From the IMG/VR virus record IMGVR_UViG_2684623133_000001, positions 1 through 64,000 of that record: a stretch of 64,000 bases of DNA; one strand, written 5' to 3'. Numbering within the stretch: position 1 is the stretch's first letter; each line of letters begins with the position of its first letter. Position numbers and translations under genes: made by a program. This stretch comes from a virus. Lineage: Duplodnaviria > Heunggongvirae > Uroviricota > Caudoviricetes. Below the pieces are notes generated by a model. That model did not search any database. It was not told where the DNA came from and saw nothing but the letters and a program-made list of their open reading frames with translations. Positions 18,504 through 27,104 of the stretch are shown one piece after another.

Positions 18504-19234
18504 CCGTGTCCTACACATTCAACACCCGCCCCGTGCAACCGGGTCCGGTCGTCGACTTCTTCGACTACACCGACCTCAAGTGCATACCGGCAACCCCCAA
18601 CCTGGAACGCGCCAGCCTCCAGAACGCCGTCTTGTTCGGCGGCCCCGCTGTCCGGCGGTGCCTGGAGCAGGCGCCCATTGTCGGCGATCACACACACGTG
18701 CACGTCGACACGAAGGTGTCGCTGCTTCTGCCCGGGTTCATCCCTGCGATACCCGGCTGGCACACCGACGGCGTACCGCGGCGTAACGCAGACAAGCCGG
18801 GCGAGGAGACGAGCTTTATGTCGGCCAGTGCGTCCAACACCGGCGCTCCGTCGCTGGCGGCACAAACGCTCCTGGAGGCGCGGGGCTACCGGCCCCGATT
18901 CCACACCGTCCACGTCGGCAACGACTGCCCCACGCGGTTCATGCGGCACCCGTACGTGGTTGGCCTGGAGCACAGCGGGGACTCCGGCCTGTACCGCGAG
19001 CTGACACAGAAGGTGAACGCGGCAGCACCACGCATGGGCAACGATGACTTCCTGGACGCTCCACTGGCGCAATGGATGTCGTGGGACTGGTGGAACATCC
19101 ACACCGCCACCCCGGCCGAGACCCGCGGCTGGCGCCTCCTGATACGCGTCACCGAGTCCGACCAGCCGCCCCTAGACACTGGCTTCATCCGATCCCAGAC
19201 CCAGGTGTACGTGCCCACGGAGTTCGGCTGGTGA
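18500..19234 (+). CDS. Hypothetical protein (His-rich motifs HTHVHVD / HTDG)
   Basis: 244 aa from a GTG start. Confidence 0.4.
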   Translation: MTVSYTFNTRPVQPGPVVDFFDYTDLKCIPATPNLERASLQNAVLFGGPAVRRCLEQAPIVGDHTHVHVDTKVSLLLPGFIPAIPGWHTDGVPRRNADKPGEETSFMSASASNTGAPSLAAQTLLEARGYRPRFHTVHVGNDCPTRFMRHPYVVGLEHSGDSGLYRELTQKVNAAAPRMGNDDFLDAPLAQWMSWDWWNIHTATPAETRGWRLLIRVTESDQPPLDTGFIRSQTQVYVPTEFGW

Positions 19235-19236
19235 GC

Positions 19237-19614
19237 ATGCCCCAACGTATTCAGTTGCGGCGTAGTGCGGGCTGGCGGAAACCGGAAGGCGCGATCAGCG
19301 TTACCCGGCCCGGGCGATGGGGCAACCCGTTCAAGGTCGTGTGCGCCGGTACGGAGCCCGGCCTTTTCAGCCGCCGTCGCGAACGTGTCTGGACCGTCGA
19401 GGGGCCAGGAACATTCTTCCAGGGCACCGGGACACACGACTGGGCAGCCACCTACGCAGTGCGCCTGTACCGCCGCTGGCTCCTCGGCTCCATGAAACGC
19501 GTGGAGGACCTGGTGCCACTTCTCCGAGGCCACGACCTTTGCTGCTGGTGCCCACTTGACGCCCCCTGCCACGCCGACGTCCTACTCGAGCTAGCCAACC
19601 AGAAGGAGACATAG
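19237..19614 (+). CDS. DUF4326-like phage protein
   Basis: RPGRWGNPFKV...CCWCPLDAPCHADVLLELAN. Confidence 0.45.
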   Translation: MPQRIQLRRSAGWRKPEGAISVTRPGRWGNPFKVVCAGTEPGLFSRRRERVWTVEGPGTFFQGTGTHDWAATYAVRLYRRWLLGSMKRVEDLVPLLRGHDLCCWCPLDAPCHADVLLELANQKET

Positions 19615-19616
19615 CT

Positions 19617-20567
19617 GTGCCGCGCGACCATGGTCGGATTCTGACAATCATCTGGCGGGACAAAGACTTTCAGCAGCGCTCGGTGGAGGCACAGCGCATG
19701 TACATGCTCCTGCTGTCGCAGCCGAACGTGAACAACGCCGGAGTCTTGCCGCTGCAACTGAGCAAGTGGGCGAAGGGCTGCGACCAGACCAGCGTCGCCG
19801 ATGTACGCCGCGCTACAAGCGAACTCGCCGAGCACCTGTATGTGGCGTACGACGAGGACACCGAGGAGTTGCTGGTCCGCTCGTACATACGCAACGACGG
19901 CGTGCTCAAGCACAAATACCTGTTCGCGAATGCTCTGAAATGCGCCCAGGCCGTCGAATCCCCGAGCCTGCGTGCCGTGCTGGCGGCCGAGTTGCGGCGC
20001 ACCCGTCGTGCCGATGCGGTGACGGTCGCCAACCAGATCGACCCCTCTGGCCCCGGGCCAGACGGCACCCCGACAGACCCGAGGCCGGACGATGACCCAA
20101 CGCCCCCAGACAGTGACCTCGGTGGCATCGAGATGCCATCCGAAACCGACCCCGATGCCATCGAAAACCCATCGCAATCCGATGTGCCATTGGAATGCCA
20201 TTCCGATGGCATCGCGATCACTAGGGGGAAGGGGAAGGGGAAGGGGAAGGGGAAGGGGTCACCTTGGGTAGGTGGTTACGTTGGGGAGGCGCCCACCCGC
20301 TGCCCCAAGCACATCAACGACCCACATCCCCCAAACTGCCGTGACTGCATGACAGCCCGGCTGGCAGCGGAGGCAGCCGCCGAGGAGGTAGCCGAACGTC
20401 AGAAGTCGGACCGGGCAGCAGCCCTGGCCCGGCGGGAGGCGTGCACCCGCTGCCAGGGCGGCGGCTGGATCGAGGCCGACGACGGTTCCGGCGTCCTGCC
20501 CTGCACGTGCCGTAAACCCCTACAGCTCGTCCCACACCCCGCAGACGCACGGAGGGCAGCCGGATGA
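19617..20567 (+). CDS. Hypothetical two-domain protein with (GK)n linker and C-terminal Cys-rich zinc-finger-like domain (possible replication/organizer protein)
   Basis: 316 aa. The internal GKGKGKGKGKG is encoded by (GGGGAA)5. C-terminal CPKH...CRDC...CTRC...CTC. Confidence 0.45.
   Translation: MPRDHGRILTIIWRDKDFQQRSVEAQRMYMLLLSQPNVNNAGVLPLQLSKWAKGCDQTSVADVRRATSELAEHLYVAYDEDTEELLVRSYIRNDGVLKHKYLFANALKCAQAVESPSLRAVLAAELRRTRRADAVTVANQIDPSGPGPDGTPTDPRPDDDPTPPDSDLGGIEMPSETDPDAIENPSQSDVPLECHSDGIAITRGKGKGKGKGKGSPWVGGYVGEAPTRCPKHINDPHPPNCRDCMTARLAAEAAAEEVAERQKSDRAAALARREACTRCQGGGWIEADDGSGVLPCTCRKPLQLVPHPADARRAAG
20224..20258 (+). repeat. In-frame hexanucleotide microsatellite (GGGGAA)5
   Basis: Five perfect tandem GGGGAA units plus a trailing GGGG, seen directly in the sequence. 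Confidence 0.9.
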
Positions 20568-20770
20568 CCGCCAGCGAGACGTCACGGGCATTTCAGGCCA
20601 AGTACCCAGACCAATGCGAGGACTGCGACGAGCCCGTCAACGTCGGCGACTGGGTCCGGTACGTCGACGACGCCCTCATCCACGCGGACTGCCCCAACGC
20701 CGCGCCGCCAGCGGCCATCACGGACGTTTGTGGCAAGTGCTGGACCGTGCACGCTGGGGGCTGCCTGTGA
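20564..20770 (+). CDS. Small Cys-rich protein
   Basis: 68 aa. CEDCDE...CGKC. Confidence 0.35.
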   Translation: MTASETSRAFQAKYPDQCEDCDEPVNVGDWVRYVDDALIHADCPNAAPPAAITDVCGKCWTVHAGGCL

Positions 20771-21162
20771 TGACCGAAGACCGCCTCACCGAACAGCAGA
20801 TCGCAGCCCTAGTAGACACCCAGCTGCTCGGACTCAACGACCAGTTTGTCGGCCGACGCCCCACCTGCCAGCACCCACAACACACGTGCAGGCGGGCGGT
20901 CACCGCGGTCGTCTCGGTACACGTCCTGGACAACTGCGACGGCGAGGAGGCAGACGAATTCGGCAACGAGGTGTTCCTGTTGTGCACGAATTGCGCACGG
21001 GCGCTGTGGATAGCGGCCCAGTGGGAGGTACGCGACCGCACGGTCGCCGCTACCCGTGCTGGCGTCATACCCATGTGCTCTACCTGCCAGGCGCCAGTGG
21101 CCAAGCCATCGCACATCGTCCGCGATGTACGCAAATACGAGGAGGTTTTCAATGCACCGTGA
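20770..21162 (+). CDS. Hypothetical Cys-rich protein
   Basis: About 130 aa. Coupled. Confidence 0.35.
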   Translation: MTEDRLTEQQIAALVDTQLLGLNDQFVGRRPTCQHPQHTCRRAVTAVVSVHVLDNCDGEEADEFGNEVFLLCTNCARALWIAAQWEVRDRTVAATRAGVIPMCSTCQAPVAKPSHIVRDVRKYEEVFNAP

Positions 21163-21469
21163 GTGGACCCCGGAGCAGCTAAAGCGTTGGCGCATACGCA
21201 AAGCGCAGGACGGCGAACAGACACCCTGGCAGCGCCGGGACTGGTCCGCACTGCCCGACGACGTCCTGACCGCGTCGCCGCAATGGTGCATATGGCGGCC
21301 CTGGGAGCAACACCCCATTGCCTGTGTCGACACCCAGCAAGACGCCATCCGGCACGTCATCCTCCAATTGCAGAGCGCGTACCTACGCGCGGCCGAACGG
21401 GAGGAACTGGAGCGACAGGGCATGGAGCTAGCGCGCATCAACAACCGATCGCGGGGGCTGGCGTCGTGA
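21152..21469 (+). CDS. Hypothetical protein
   Basis: About 105 aa. Confidence 0.35.
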   Translation: MHREWTPEQLKRWRIRKAQDGEQTPWQRRDWSALPDDVLTASPQWCIWRPWEQHPIACVDTQQDAIRHVILQLQSAYLRAAEREELERQGMELARINNRSRGLAS

Positions 21470-22074
21470 GTGTGCTTCTTGAGGCCCTGGCGCTATTCCT
21501 CGCGGCTAGTGGCGGATTCACCGCGTACCTGTTCACACTTGGACCGCGCCGACGCGGCAACCAGATCCAGATCTCCGGCGACAATTCCGTCGCGATCCAG
21601 ACTGGCGGGACCATTACGGTGCAGGCCAGCCACGGCAGCATCGCCGCCCACACCATCGTCGGCGACGTGACTATCGGCGGCGGGCGTCGGGTCAGCGTCG
21701 AGCCGAACCCGTTAAGGCGCGCCCTGCTTGCCAGGTCTGGTGCCGGGCAACCGCTGTTCATGGTCGGCGAGGTCGACTCTCCCGACGAGTTGCTCAGCAT
21801 GGTCAACGCGGCCGACCACATCGGCAAGTGGTGGTGGGACCGCACGAGCAAGGTCGCATACCTCTGGATAGGCCAGGGCTACAAAGTCCTAGGCGCACCC
21901 GAGACAGCCAAACCGACACGACCCGACACCTACCGCGTATCTGAGTTCGCTGCCCAGTGCGCCTGCCCCCGTTGTGGATTCATCAACACCCACTACATCC
22001 AGCCATGCACACAGGACCCCGGCTCCGTTACCCGGGAGTGCACGGAATGTGGACAGACTTGGCGGCAGCAGTGA
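21466..22074 (+). CDS. Hypothetical membrane-anchored protein with C-terminal Cys cluster
   Basis: N-terminal hydrophobic LLEALALFLAASGGFTAYLF. Confidence 0.35.
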   Translation: MSVLLEALALFLAASGGFTAYLFTLGPRRRGNQIQISGDNSVAIQTGGTITVQASHGSIAAHTIVGDVTIGGGRRVSVEPNPLRRALLARSGAGQPLFMVGEVDSPDELLSMVNAADHIGKWWWDRTSKVAYLWIGQGYKVLGAPETAKPTRPDTYRVSEFAAQCACPRCGFINTHYIQPCTQDPGSVTRECTECGQTWRQQ

Positions 22075-22523
22075 CCCATCAGAGCGTACGTCTGGACGAT
22101 CCGACCACCCCAGTTGCGTTGCACCGCAACGGTAAGAAGTGGCCACTACCCTTCCGTCTAAACCTCGCACACGACGACTTTGTCCGCGCCAGGCTGACCG
22201 ACACCCTGCACCCCGGCGACATCCTGGACCTGCCCTTCAACGTCACCGGCACCATAGTGGAGATCGCCGTATGGCCGCCGAAAGCCCGCGACAACGACGG
22301 CCGCTGGTTCGCACGCAAGACCCACCCATACCGAATCGCTCTGCAATTCCACGCCTTCGATACCTGCCCCCAATGCGACACCCAGGCAGCACACCAGGTC
22401 GAGATACCCGAATACGAGACGTGGTGGGACAGTCCGCTAACCGCCGAGTTCCCGCACCGCAGGTACGTCCTCCGCACCTGCATCACATGCCGCAACTCAT
22501 GGGAACAGGACGAGGCGCAATGA
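22047..22523 (+). CDS. Hypothetical protein
   Basis: About 158 aa. Confidence 0.35.
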   Translation: MWTDLAAAVTHQSVRLDDPTTPVALHRNGKKWPLPFRLNLAHDDFVRARLTDTLHPGDILDLPFNVTGTIVEIAVWPPKARDNDGRWFARKTHPYRIALQFHAFDTCPQCDTQAAHQVEIPEYETWWDSPLTAEFPHRRYVLRTCITCRNSWEQDEAQ

Positions 22524-22825
22524 GCAGCGCAGGCGCTCCCGTCCTATGCGGCTGCGGCCACTACACCCCGGACGTGGCCATGGTGATGCAGGGCTATGCC
22601 TGGACGTGCCCCGGATGCACGCGCCGCTGGGTCAAACATCAGGACCGCATCTGGTTTCTAGAGCCGGGCCAGGATCTGCCCGTAACGGCCTGTCTCAGAT
22701 GCGGTCAGCCGATAGACGACGACCAACGATGCATACCCGTCCTAACCGGGCCACCCGTGCCAAACGTCCTCGTACCCAACCACGACTACATCCACCTCGA
22801 CTGCCTGCTAGGAGTAACACTGTGA
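22520..22825 (+). CDS. Hypothetical Cys-rich protein
   Basis: 101 aa. Confidence 0.35.
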   Translation: MSSAGAPVLCGCGHYTPDVAMVMQGYAWTCPGCTRRWVKHQDRIWFLEPGQDLPVTACLRCGQPIDDDQRCIPVLTGPPVPNVLVPNHDYIHLDCLLGVTL

Positions 22826-23859
22826 CGCACCGTGATCCGCACCGCTGCGCGTTCGGACACCGATGCATAAACCACGACTGGTCAACCGTCGTCGACGAAG
22901 ACGACCAGCCGTCCGGCCAACTCATCGCCGACGGCGTCGTCTGCGGCGGCTGCCTAACCCGCCTCCGGTACGCCGTCAACGGCCTACCCCGGGACTGGGA
23001 CCGACTACACGAGGGCATCGGCGAACGTGTGTACGTCGACCGAGCACGCGTCACCATGACCGCCACCGCTGCCATCAACCTCAACACTCAACGTGATGCC
23101 CTCCAGCGCGACATCGTCGAGACCGCCGACCGGGCCGCGGAAATGGTGGAGCACGCGATGAACCTAACCGGCAGGCAGCGCCACGGCCGCCAAGGCTTCA
23201 CCGTCCACCAACGTCAGGTAGTCGCCCGCTCAGCCGCCGTGATCACCGAGAACCTAGACGTACTCCTGGCCCAGCCCGCCCAACCTATGCTCGTCTGGGG
23301 CCGAGTACCCGACGGCGACGAGGGCTGGCATCCCCAGCACGGGCAACCCCGCCACCTCGTGGACCGAGACGGCGTCGACATCGCCCTCCAACTAATCGAG
23401 CTGTCCCGCAACGTCTACCAGGCCCTTGGCCTGCCCCGACTACGACACCACTCCGCCATGCCCTGCCCCGCGGTCAAACGAGACGGCCAGCAGTGCGGCG
23501 CATACACCGTCGGCCGCTGGGACGGCACCAACCAATACGACTGCACCACCTGCGGCCGGACATACGGCGAACGGGAATACCCCTGGCTCCAGCGCGGCGT
23601 CATCGACCTCATGCGCGAACTCGAAGAACGGGAGAAGAACATGCAACTACTCGATCAAATGAAACACCTTCTCGCCGAGGCATACTGGCGCCTCGACGGC
23701 ATCAACGACATGGTCCAGCGCGTCGCCGACGAGCCACTGCTGGACGAGGCGGGCGCCGGACGCCTCGTTGTCGACAAAGTCAGCGCGATCCTCAACAGTG
23801 GACCGGTGCCGCACCAAACCCCGGAGCAACGCCAGACGACACCCGCGGGCACCCCGTGA
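22822..23859 (+). CDS. Hypothetical protein
   Basis: 345 aa from a GTG start. Confidence 0.4.
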   Translation: MTHRDPHRCAFGHRCINHDWSTVVDEDDQPSGQLIADGVVCGGCLTRLRYAVNGLPRDWDRLHEGIGERVYVDRARVTMTATAAINLNTQRDALQRDIVETADRAAEMVEHAMNLTGRQRHGRQGFTVHQRQVVARSAAVITENLDVLLAQPAQPMLVWGRVPDGDEGWHPQHGQPRHLVDRDGVDIALQLIELSRNVYQALGLPRLRHHSAMPCPAVKRDGQQCGAYTVGRWDGTNQYDCTTCGRTYGEREYPWLQRGVIDLMRELEEREKNMQLLDQMKHLLAEAYWRLDGINDMVQRVADEPLLDEAGAGRLVVDKVSAILNSGPVPHQTPEQRQTTPAGTP

Positions 23860-24209
23860 CAGAGGCCGCGGTCGAGGACCTGGATGTCATCGAAGCGCGG
23901 GTCTACCGCCGCTACGCCGAGACAGTCGCCGCCAGCATTCCCGGTATGCCCGACTTCTCCAATTGGCTGGACACCCTGTCCCCACCAACCAAGTACACCG
24001 TCGACACCGCGCTGGTATGCCCCGGCACCGTCACGGAGGTTCCGCAGTTCCCGCCCGAACGCTGGATCACGTACCCGGCCCGGCGCCGCGTGTCCCTGAT
24101 GCTGGCCGACGAGATGCTCAACCGCATCAACGACGGCAACACCGCCCACGACTGGCTCACCATGGCCGGAATCCTGCTGACCTTCGGGGGACGGAGCCGC
24201 GAGGCATGA
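23856..24209 (+). CDS. Hypothetical protein
   Basis: GTGA coupling. Confidence 0.35.
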   Translation: MTEAAVEDLDVIEARVYRRYAETVAASIPGMPDFSNWLDTLSPPTKYTVDTALVCPGTVTEVPQFPPERWITYPARRRVSLMLADEMLNRINDGNTAHDWLTMAGILLTFGGRSREA

Positions 24210-24293
24210 CGCTGCGTACCCGGCACCTGCTTCCATGGAACCCAGAGACGGGACACATCAACGTATCCCGCAGCCCAGCGATAGGGCACGACT

Positions 24294-24719
24294 ATGACTG
24301 ACCAGAAAGTTTGGAAGTGGACAGGCGACAGCCGCGAGGACAAGGCGAAACGTGTCGCACTGTCCTACCGCCAGCTCCTTGAGGACGTCGCGGCCGGACG
24401 CATCACCGACCCCATGCAGGCCCTCATAGAACGCGACAGGTACTGGCAAGACCTCGGCGTCTACTGGGCAGTGCCATCCGTCGCCCCCGTCGACCAGGAG
24501 GCGTGGTTGTCGGCCGCCGACCTCGTCATCCACCTCGCCCACATCGTTCAACTCACCGAGCACCAGGTCCGCAACTGGGCGTACCGGCGACGAAAAGGAC
24601 TGGGCGACGGCATAACCGAGCGCACCGGGCCAGAAGGCAAACCGGAATACAACGTCGCCGACGTCCTTGCCTACCTCACCCGCCAACGCGTCCGCCGACA
24701 GGGAGGCACCAGCGCATGA
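24294..24719 (+). CDS. Hypothetical protein with C-terminal HTH-like segment
   Basis: 141 aa. Confidence 0.4.
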   Translation: MTDQKVWKWTGDSREDKAKRVALSYRQLLEDVAAGRITDPMQALIERDRYWQDLGVYWAVPSVAPVDQEAWLSAADLVIHLAHIVQLTEHQVRNWAYRRRKGLGDGITERTGPEGKPEYNVADVLAYLTRQRVRRQGGTSA

Positions 24720-25060
24720 TCTGGGAACTATGGGCCACCCCGTCCGGCCAGATCTTCTGGCAGCTCGACAACTGGGGCGGCTTCTACAAATGCGAACCGC
24801 CCAGCAACGGCCGCGAGACGGTGGAGACGCTGCCCGCCGACGCCCGGCCACTGATCAACGACGGCAGGTGGATCACCGGCGTCATGGACGCCGCCGAAGA
24901 CGAGGCCCAACGCCGCATCATGGAGCCCGACTGGCCAACCCAACGTGTAGAACGCCCCTACGAGAAAGCCCAGCGCCTGCGGTTTGAGCGGTACATGGCA
25001 GAGGTCAAAAGCATGACCGCAGCGGCCATCGCAACGCCCCAGAATGGCGGAACGTCATGA
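24716..25060 (+). CDS. Hypothetical protein
   Basis: 114 aa. Confidence 0.4.
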   Translation: MIWELWATPSGQIFWQLDNWGGFYKCEPPSNGRETVETLPADARPLINDGRWITGVMDAAEDEAQRRIMEPDWPTQRVERPYEKAQRLRFERYMAEVKSMTAAAIATPQNGGTS

Positions 25061-25494
25061 CCGGCATCGCCTTCGTCGACGTGACCCTCGCATGGAAACG
25101 CATCGAGGACCGTTGGCATAAGGGCCGCTGGTTGTGGGTTGCCCACCACCGCGACGACATCGGCGGGACCTACACCCTGCTGCCACGGACAACGGAGTAC
25201 CGCCTCTGGGACCCGCCGACTAACACCACCACCGAGATAGTCAAACGCTGCTGGATCACTGAATACGTGCCCGGCTCGCGCGACTGGGACGCTATTCCGT
25301 CATCCCGGGACCTCTACTGCGGCAACGACCTACGCGCCGCCCGCAAGGCCGCTGAGAAACACCACGCAGAGACCCGCCGCCGTTCCGCGTGGGAACGCTA
25401 CATGCGGAACAACGACCCGCCAGCGCCGACCACACCCGAGGAAGAGGCACGCTGGTACAGCCGAGTGATGGCAGTCCGAAGCATCCCTGGTTAG
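25057..25494 (+). CDS. Hypothetical protein
   Basis: 145 aa. Last gene of the early plus-strand operon. Confidence 0.4.
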   Translation: MTGIAFVDVTLAWKRIEDRWHKGRWLWVAHHRDDIGGTYTLLPRTTEYRLWDPPTNTTTEIVKRCWITEYVPGSRDWDAIPSSRDLYCGNDLRAARKAAEKHHAETRRRSAWERYMRNNDPPAPTTPEEEARWYSRVMAVRSIPG

Positions 25495-25652
25495 TCCGTC
25501 CCGGGCATGTCGTCTAGATCGTCCGAATAGTGCTCGGCGTAGTTGACCTCGTGACCGACCATCGCCGCCACTTTCTCGGCCGCGGCGCATTCGTGGTCAG
25601 CGATAACGTAGATCTCTTCGCTGCCTGTATCTACTACGTATACCGCGTCCAT
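25491..25652 (-). CDS. Small acidic hypothetical protein (53 aa)
   Basis: Not in the track (under 60 aa). Translated by hand as MDAVYVVDTGSEEIYVIADHECAAAEKVAAMVGHEVNYAEHYSDDLDDMPGTD. Convergent with the upstream operon. Confidence 0.3.
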   Translation of the reverse strand: MDAVYVVDTGSEEIYVIADHECAAAEKVAAMVGHEVNYAEHYSDDLDDMPGTD

Positions 25653-25656
25653 CTGG

Positions 25657-25860
25657 CTAGCCTTTCTCTGCCTGGATGTTTCGCCGTTCGACCTCGGCTA
25701 GGGTTTCGGCTGCGAGCTTGTCGGCCGCTTCGTTGGTCAGCCGGACTCCGTCGCCGACAAGGAACTCTTCCTTGTCGAGGTCGATGTCGTCGACGACCAG
25801 GTCATCGCCGAAGGTGAGGCGCTTGAGGTCGGCTTCGCTGTGACTGCTCATGAGGGTCAT
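25657..25860 (-). CDS. Putative antitoxin-like protein (BrnA-like), second gene of a coupled pair
   Basis: About 67 aa starting MTLMSSHSEADLKRL. ATGA overlap with the upstream gene. The acidic DDIDLDKEEF segment resembles the BrnA N-terminus. Confidence 0.35.
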   Translation of the reverse strand: MTLMSSHSEADLKRLTFGDDLVVDDIDLDKEEFLVGDGVRLTNEAADKLAAETLAEVERRNIQAEKG

Positions 25861-26108
25861 TGTGCCCCTCCTTTCCGGTACTTGGTGGGCATGGCGTGGA
25901 TACATACCCAGGTCCAGTCCTGGGTGGCGTGTGGGACCAGGATCAGCTCCAGCTCGACACCGGTGTCGTCGGTGCCGATGAAGTAGAGGCGCCAGATGCC
26001 GTCGCGGTTGTCGACGAGGAGCGGCATACCTGCGTTGCGGAGTGCCGACGTGACGCGGCGCTTGTTGGCGCGCATCCGCGCTTTCGCTGTGAGTATCACT
26101 CTTGCCAT
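25857..26108 (-). CDS. Putative toxin-like protein (BrnT/DUF497-like ribonuclease candidate)
   Basis: 83 aa. WRLYFIGTDDTGVELELILVPHATQDWTWVCIHAMPTKYRK resembles the conserved DUF497 C-terminal pattern. Confidence 0.35.
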   Translation of the reverse strand: MARVILTAKARMRANKRRVTSALRNAGMPLLVDNRDGIWRLYFIGTDDTGVELELILVPHATQDWTWVCIHAMPTKYRKGGAQ

Positions 26109-26118
26109 GACTCAGAAT

Positions 26119-26134
26119 GTATAGCGCACTATAC
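26119..26134. promoter_or_regulatory. 16-bp palindromic site GTATAGcgcaCTATAC in an AT-rich pocket
   Basis: Seen in the sequence. Identical to the 16-mer at 29627..29642. Lies between divergent operons. Confidence 0.4.
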
Positions 26135-26166
26135 GAAAAAACAAGCCTTAACGACCTTGCTTCTGT

Positions 26167-26182
26167 GTATAGCTCTGTATAC
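26167..26182. promoter_or_regulatory. Related half-site pair GTATAGctctGTATAC
   Basis: Same spacing and half-site as the 26119 site, in an AT-rich stretch. Confidence 0.3.
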
Positions 26183-26192
26183 GTTCCGAGTC

Positions 26193-26531
26193 ATGAAAAG
26201 CCTCTATGTAAAACGTATTGCCGTCATCGGAGCCGCCATTGCAGCCCTAACGGTGCTCCCAACTGCGACCGCCTCCGCGTTCCCCGACCGTTGCCTGTAT
26301 GCCGCGACAGACGCTAAGACCTGCCTGGGCGCCCGACCGGCACCCTTCACGCCAGCCGGTGGCGGCGGATACAAACCCCCGGAGGACCCGGAATGCCCTG
26401 AGGGCCAGCACCGTCCGTCTACAGCTCCGGCAGGTCCTGGCGCGGGTGAAACTGGAGGTAACAGCGCTGGTAGCGGGTCCACTGGTAGCGGTGGTTCCTC
26501 GGCGAGCGGAGGAGCTGGCGCCGGACGGTGA
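26193..26531 (+). CDS. Small secreted Gly/Ser-rich protein
   Basis: Signal-peptide-like MKSLYVKRIAVIGAAIAALTVLPTATASA, then a low-complexity GSG tail. Confidence 0.5.
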   Translation: MKSLYVKRIAVIGAAIAALTVLPTATASAFPDRCLYAATDAKTCLGARPAPFTPAGGGGYKPPEDPECPEGQHRPSTAPAGPGAGETGGNSAGSGSTGSGGSSASGGAGAGR

Positions 26532-26585
26532 TGGTCGCGGCTACCGAGCGGCTATACAGCCAAGCCTCAATCCTGTTGCAGCACC

Positions 26586-26603
26586 GCTATACCGCGGTAT
26601 AGC
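26586..26603. promoter_or_regulatory. Perfect 18-bp palindrome GCTATACCGCGGTATAGC with an AT-rich tract just downstream, immediately upstream of the Y-RNA array
   Basis: Seen in the sequence. Shares the TATAC/GTATA half-site with the 26119 and 29627 sites. Confidence 0.4.
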
Positions 26604-26632
26604 TTCGTTTTCAGACAACAAAAACAACGGAC

Positions 26633-26751
26633 GACGTGAACAGAATGCAGGTCGGTTATCTCGGGGTACGCCCCCGTAGTTCAAGTTAGAACGCCCCGAG
26701 CCAAGCGGGGAAATGGAGCCAAACCCGTCCAGCGCCAACCACGTTCACGTC
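26633..26751 (+). ncRNA. Y-RNA-like repeat unit 1 (divergent; no clear tRNA-like module)
   Basis: 5' GACGTGAAC pairs with 3' GTTCACGTC. Shares the GCAGGTCGGTTATC motif with the other units. Internal long stem CTCGGGG...CCCCGAG. Confidence 0.4.
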
Positions 26752-26780
26752 ACTCCCAGACCACAACTACATAGAAACCA

Positions 26781-26921
26781 GATGGTGCGAGCAGGACGCA
26801 GGTCGGTTACCACTTGTAATGGAGAGGTCGCGGGTTCGAGTCCCGCCAGCCAGCCCCCGGCTGTAGCTCAGTTGGCAGAGCGCTAAACCCCGGTCAGCAC
26901 ACACACGTTCGCCCCATCACC
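26781..26921 (+). ncRNA. YrlA-like Y RNA unit 2 with permuted tRNA-like module
   Basis: Terminal helix GATGGTGCGAGC with GTTCGCCCCATC. T-arm GCGGGTTCGAGTCCCGC. Acceptor-like stem CAGCCAG/CCGGCTG capped by a CCC loop. D-arm TAGCTCAGTTGGCAGAGCGC. CCGGTCAGCAC motif. Confidence 0.6.
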
Positions 26922-26940
26922 CAACACAACTCCATGCACA

Positions 26941-27080
26941 GCACGGTGTGAACAGGACTTCGTTCGGTTATCTCCTTTCCTGAGAGAGACGCGGGTTCGA
27001 ATCCCGCCAGCCACGAAAGTGGTTGTAGCTCAGCGGCCTAGAGCGCTAAACCCGGACGAAACCCACACGCTCACACCACC
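26941..27080 (+). ncRNA. YrlA-like Y RNA unit 3 with permuted tRNA-like module
   Basis: GGTGTGAAC pairs with GCTCACACC. Hairpin TCTC-CTTTCCT-GAGA. T-arm GCGGGTTCGAATCCCGC. 7-bp acceptor stem CAGCCAC/GTGGTTG closed by a GAAA tetraloop. D-arm TAGCTCAGCGGCCTAGAGCGC. Confidence 0.65.
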
Positions 27081-27104
27081 TCAAACACCAGCAGACGCAT
27101 GCGC

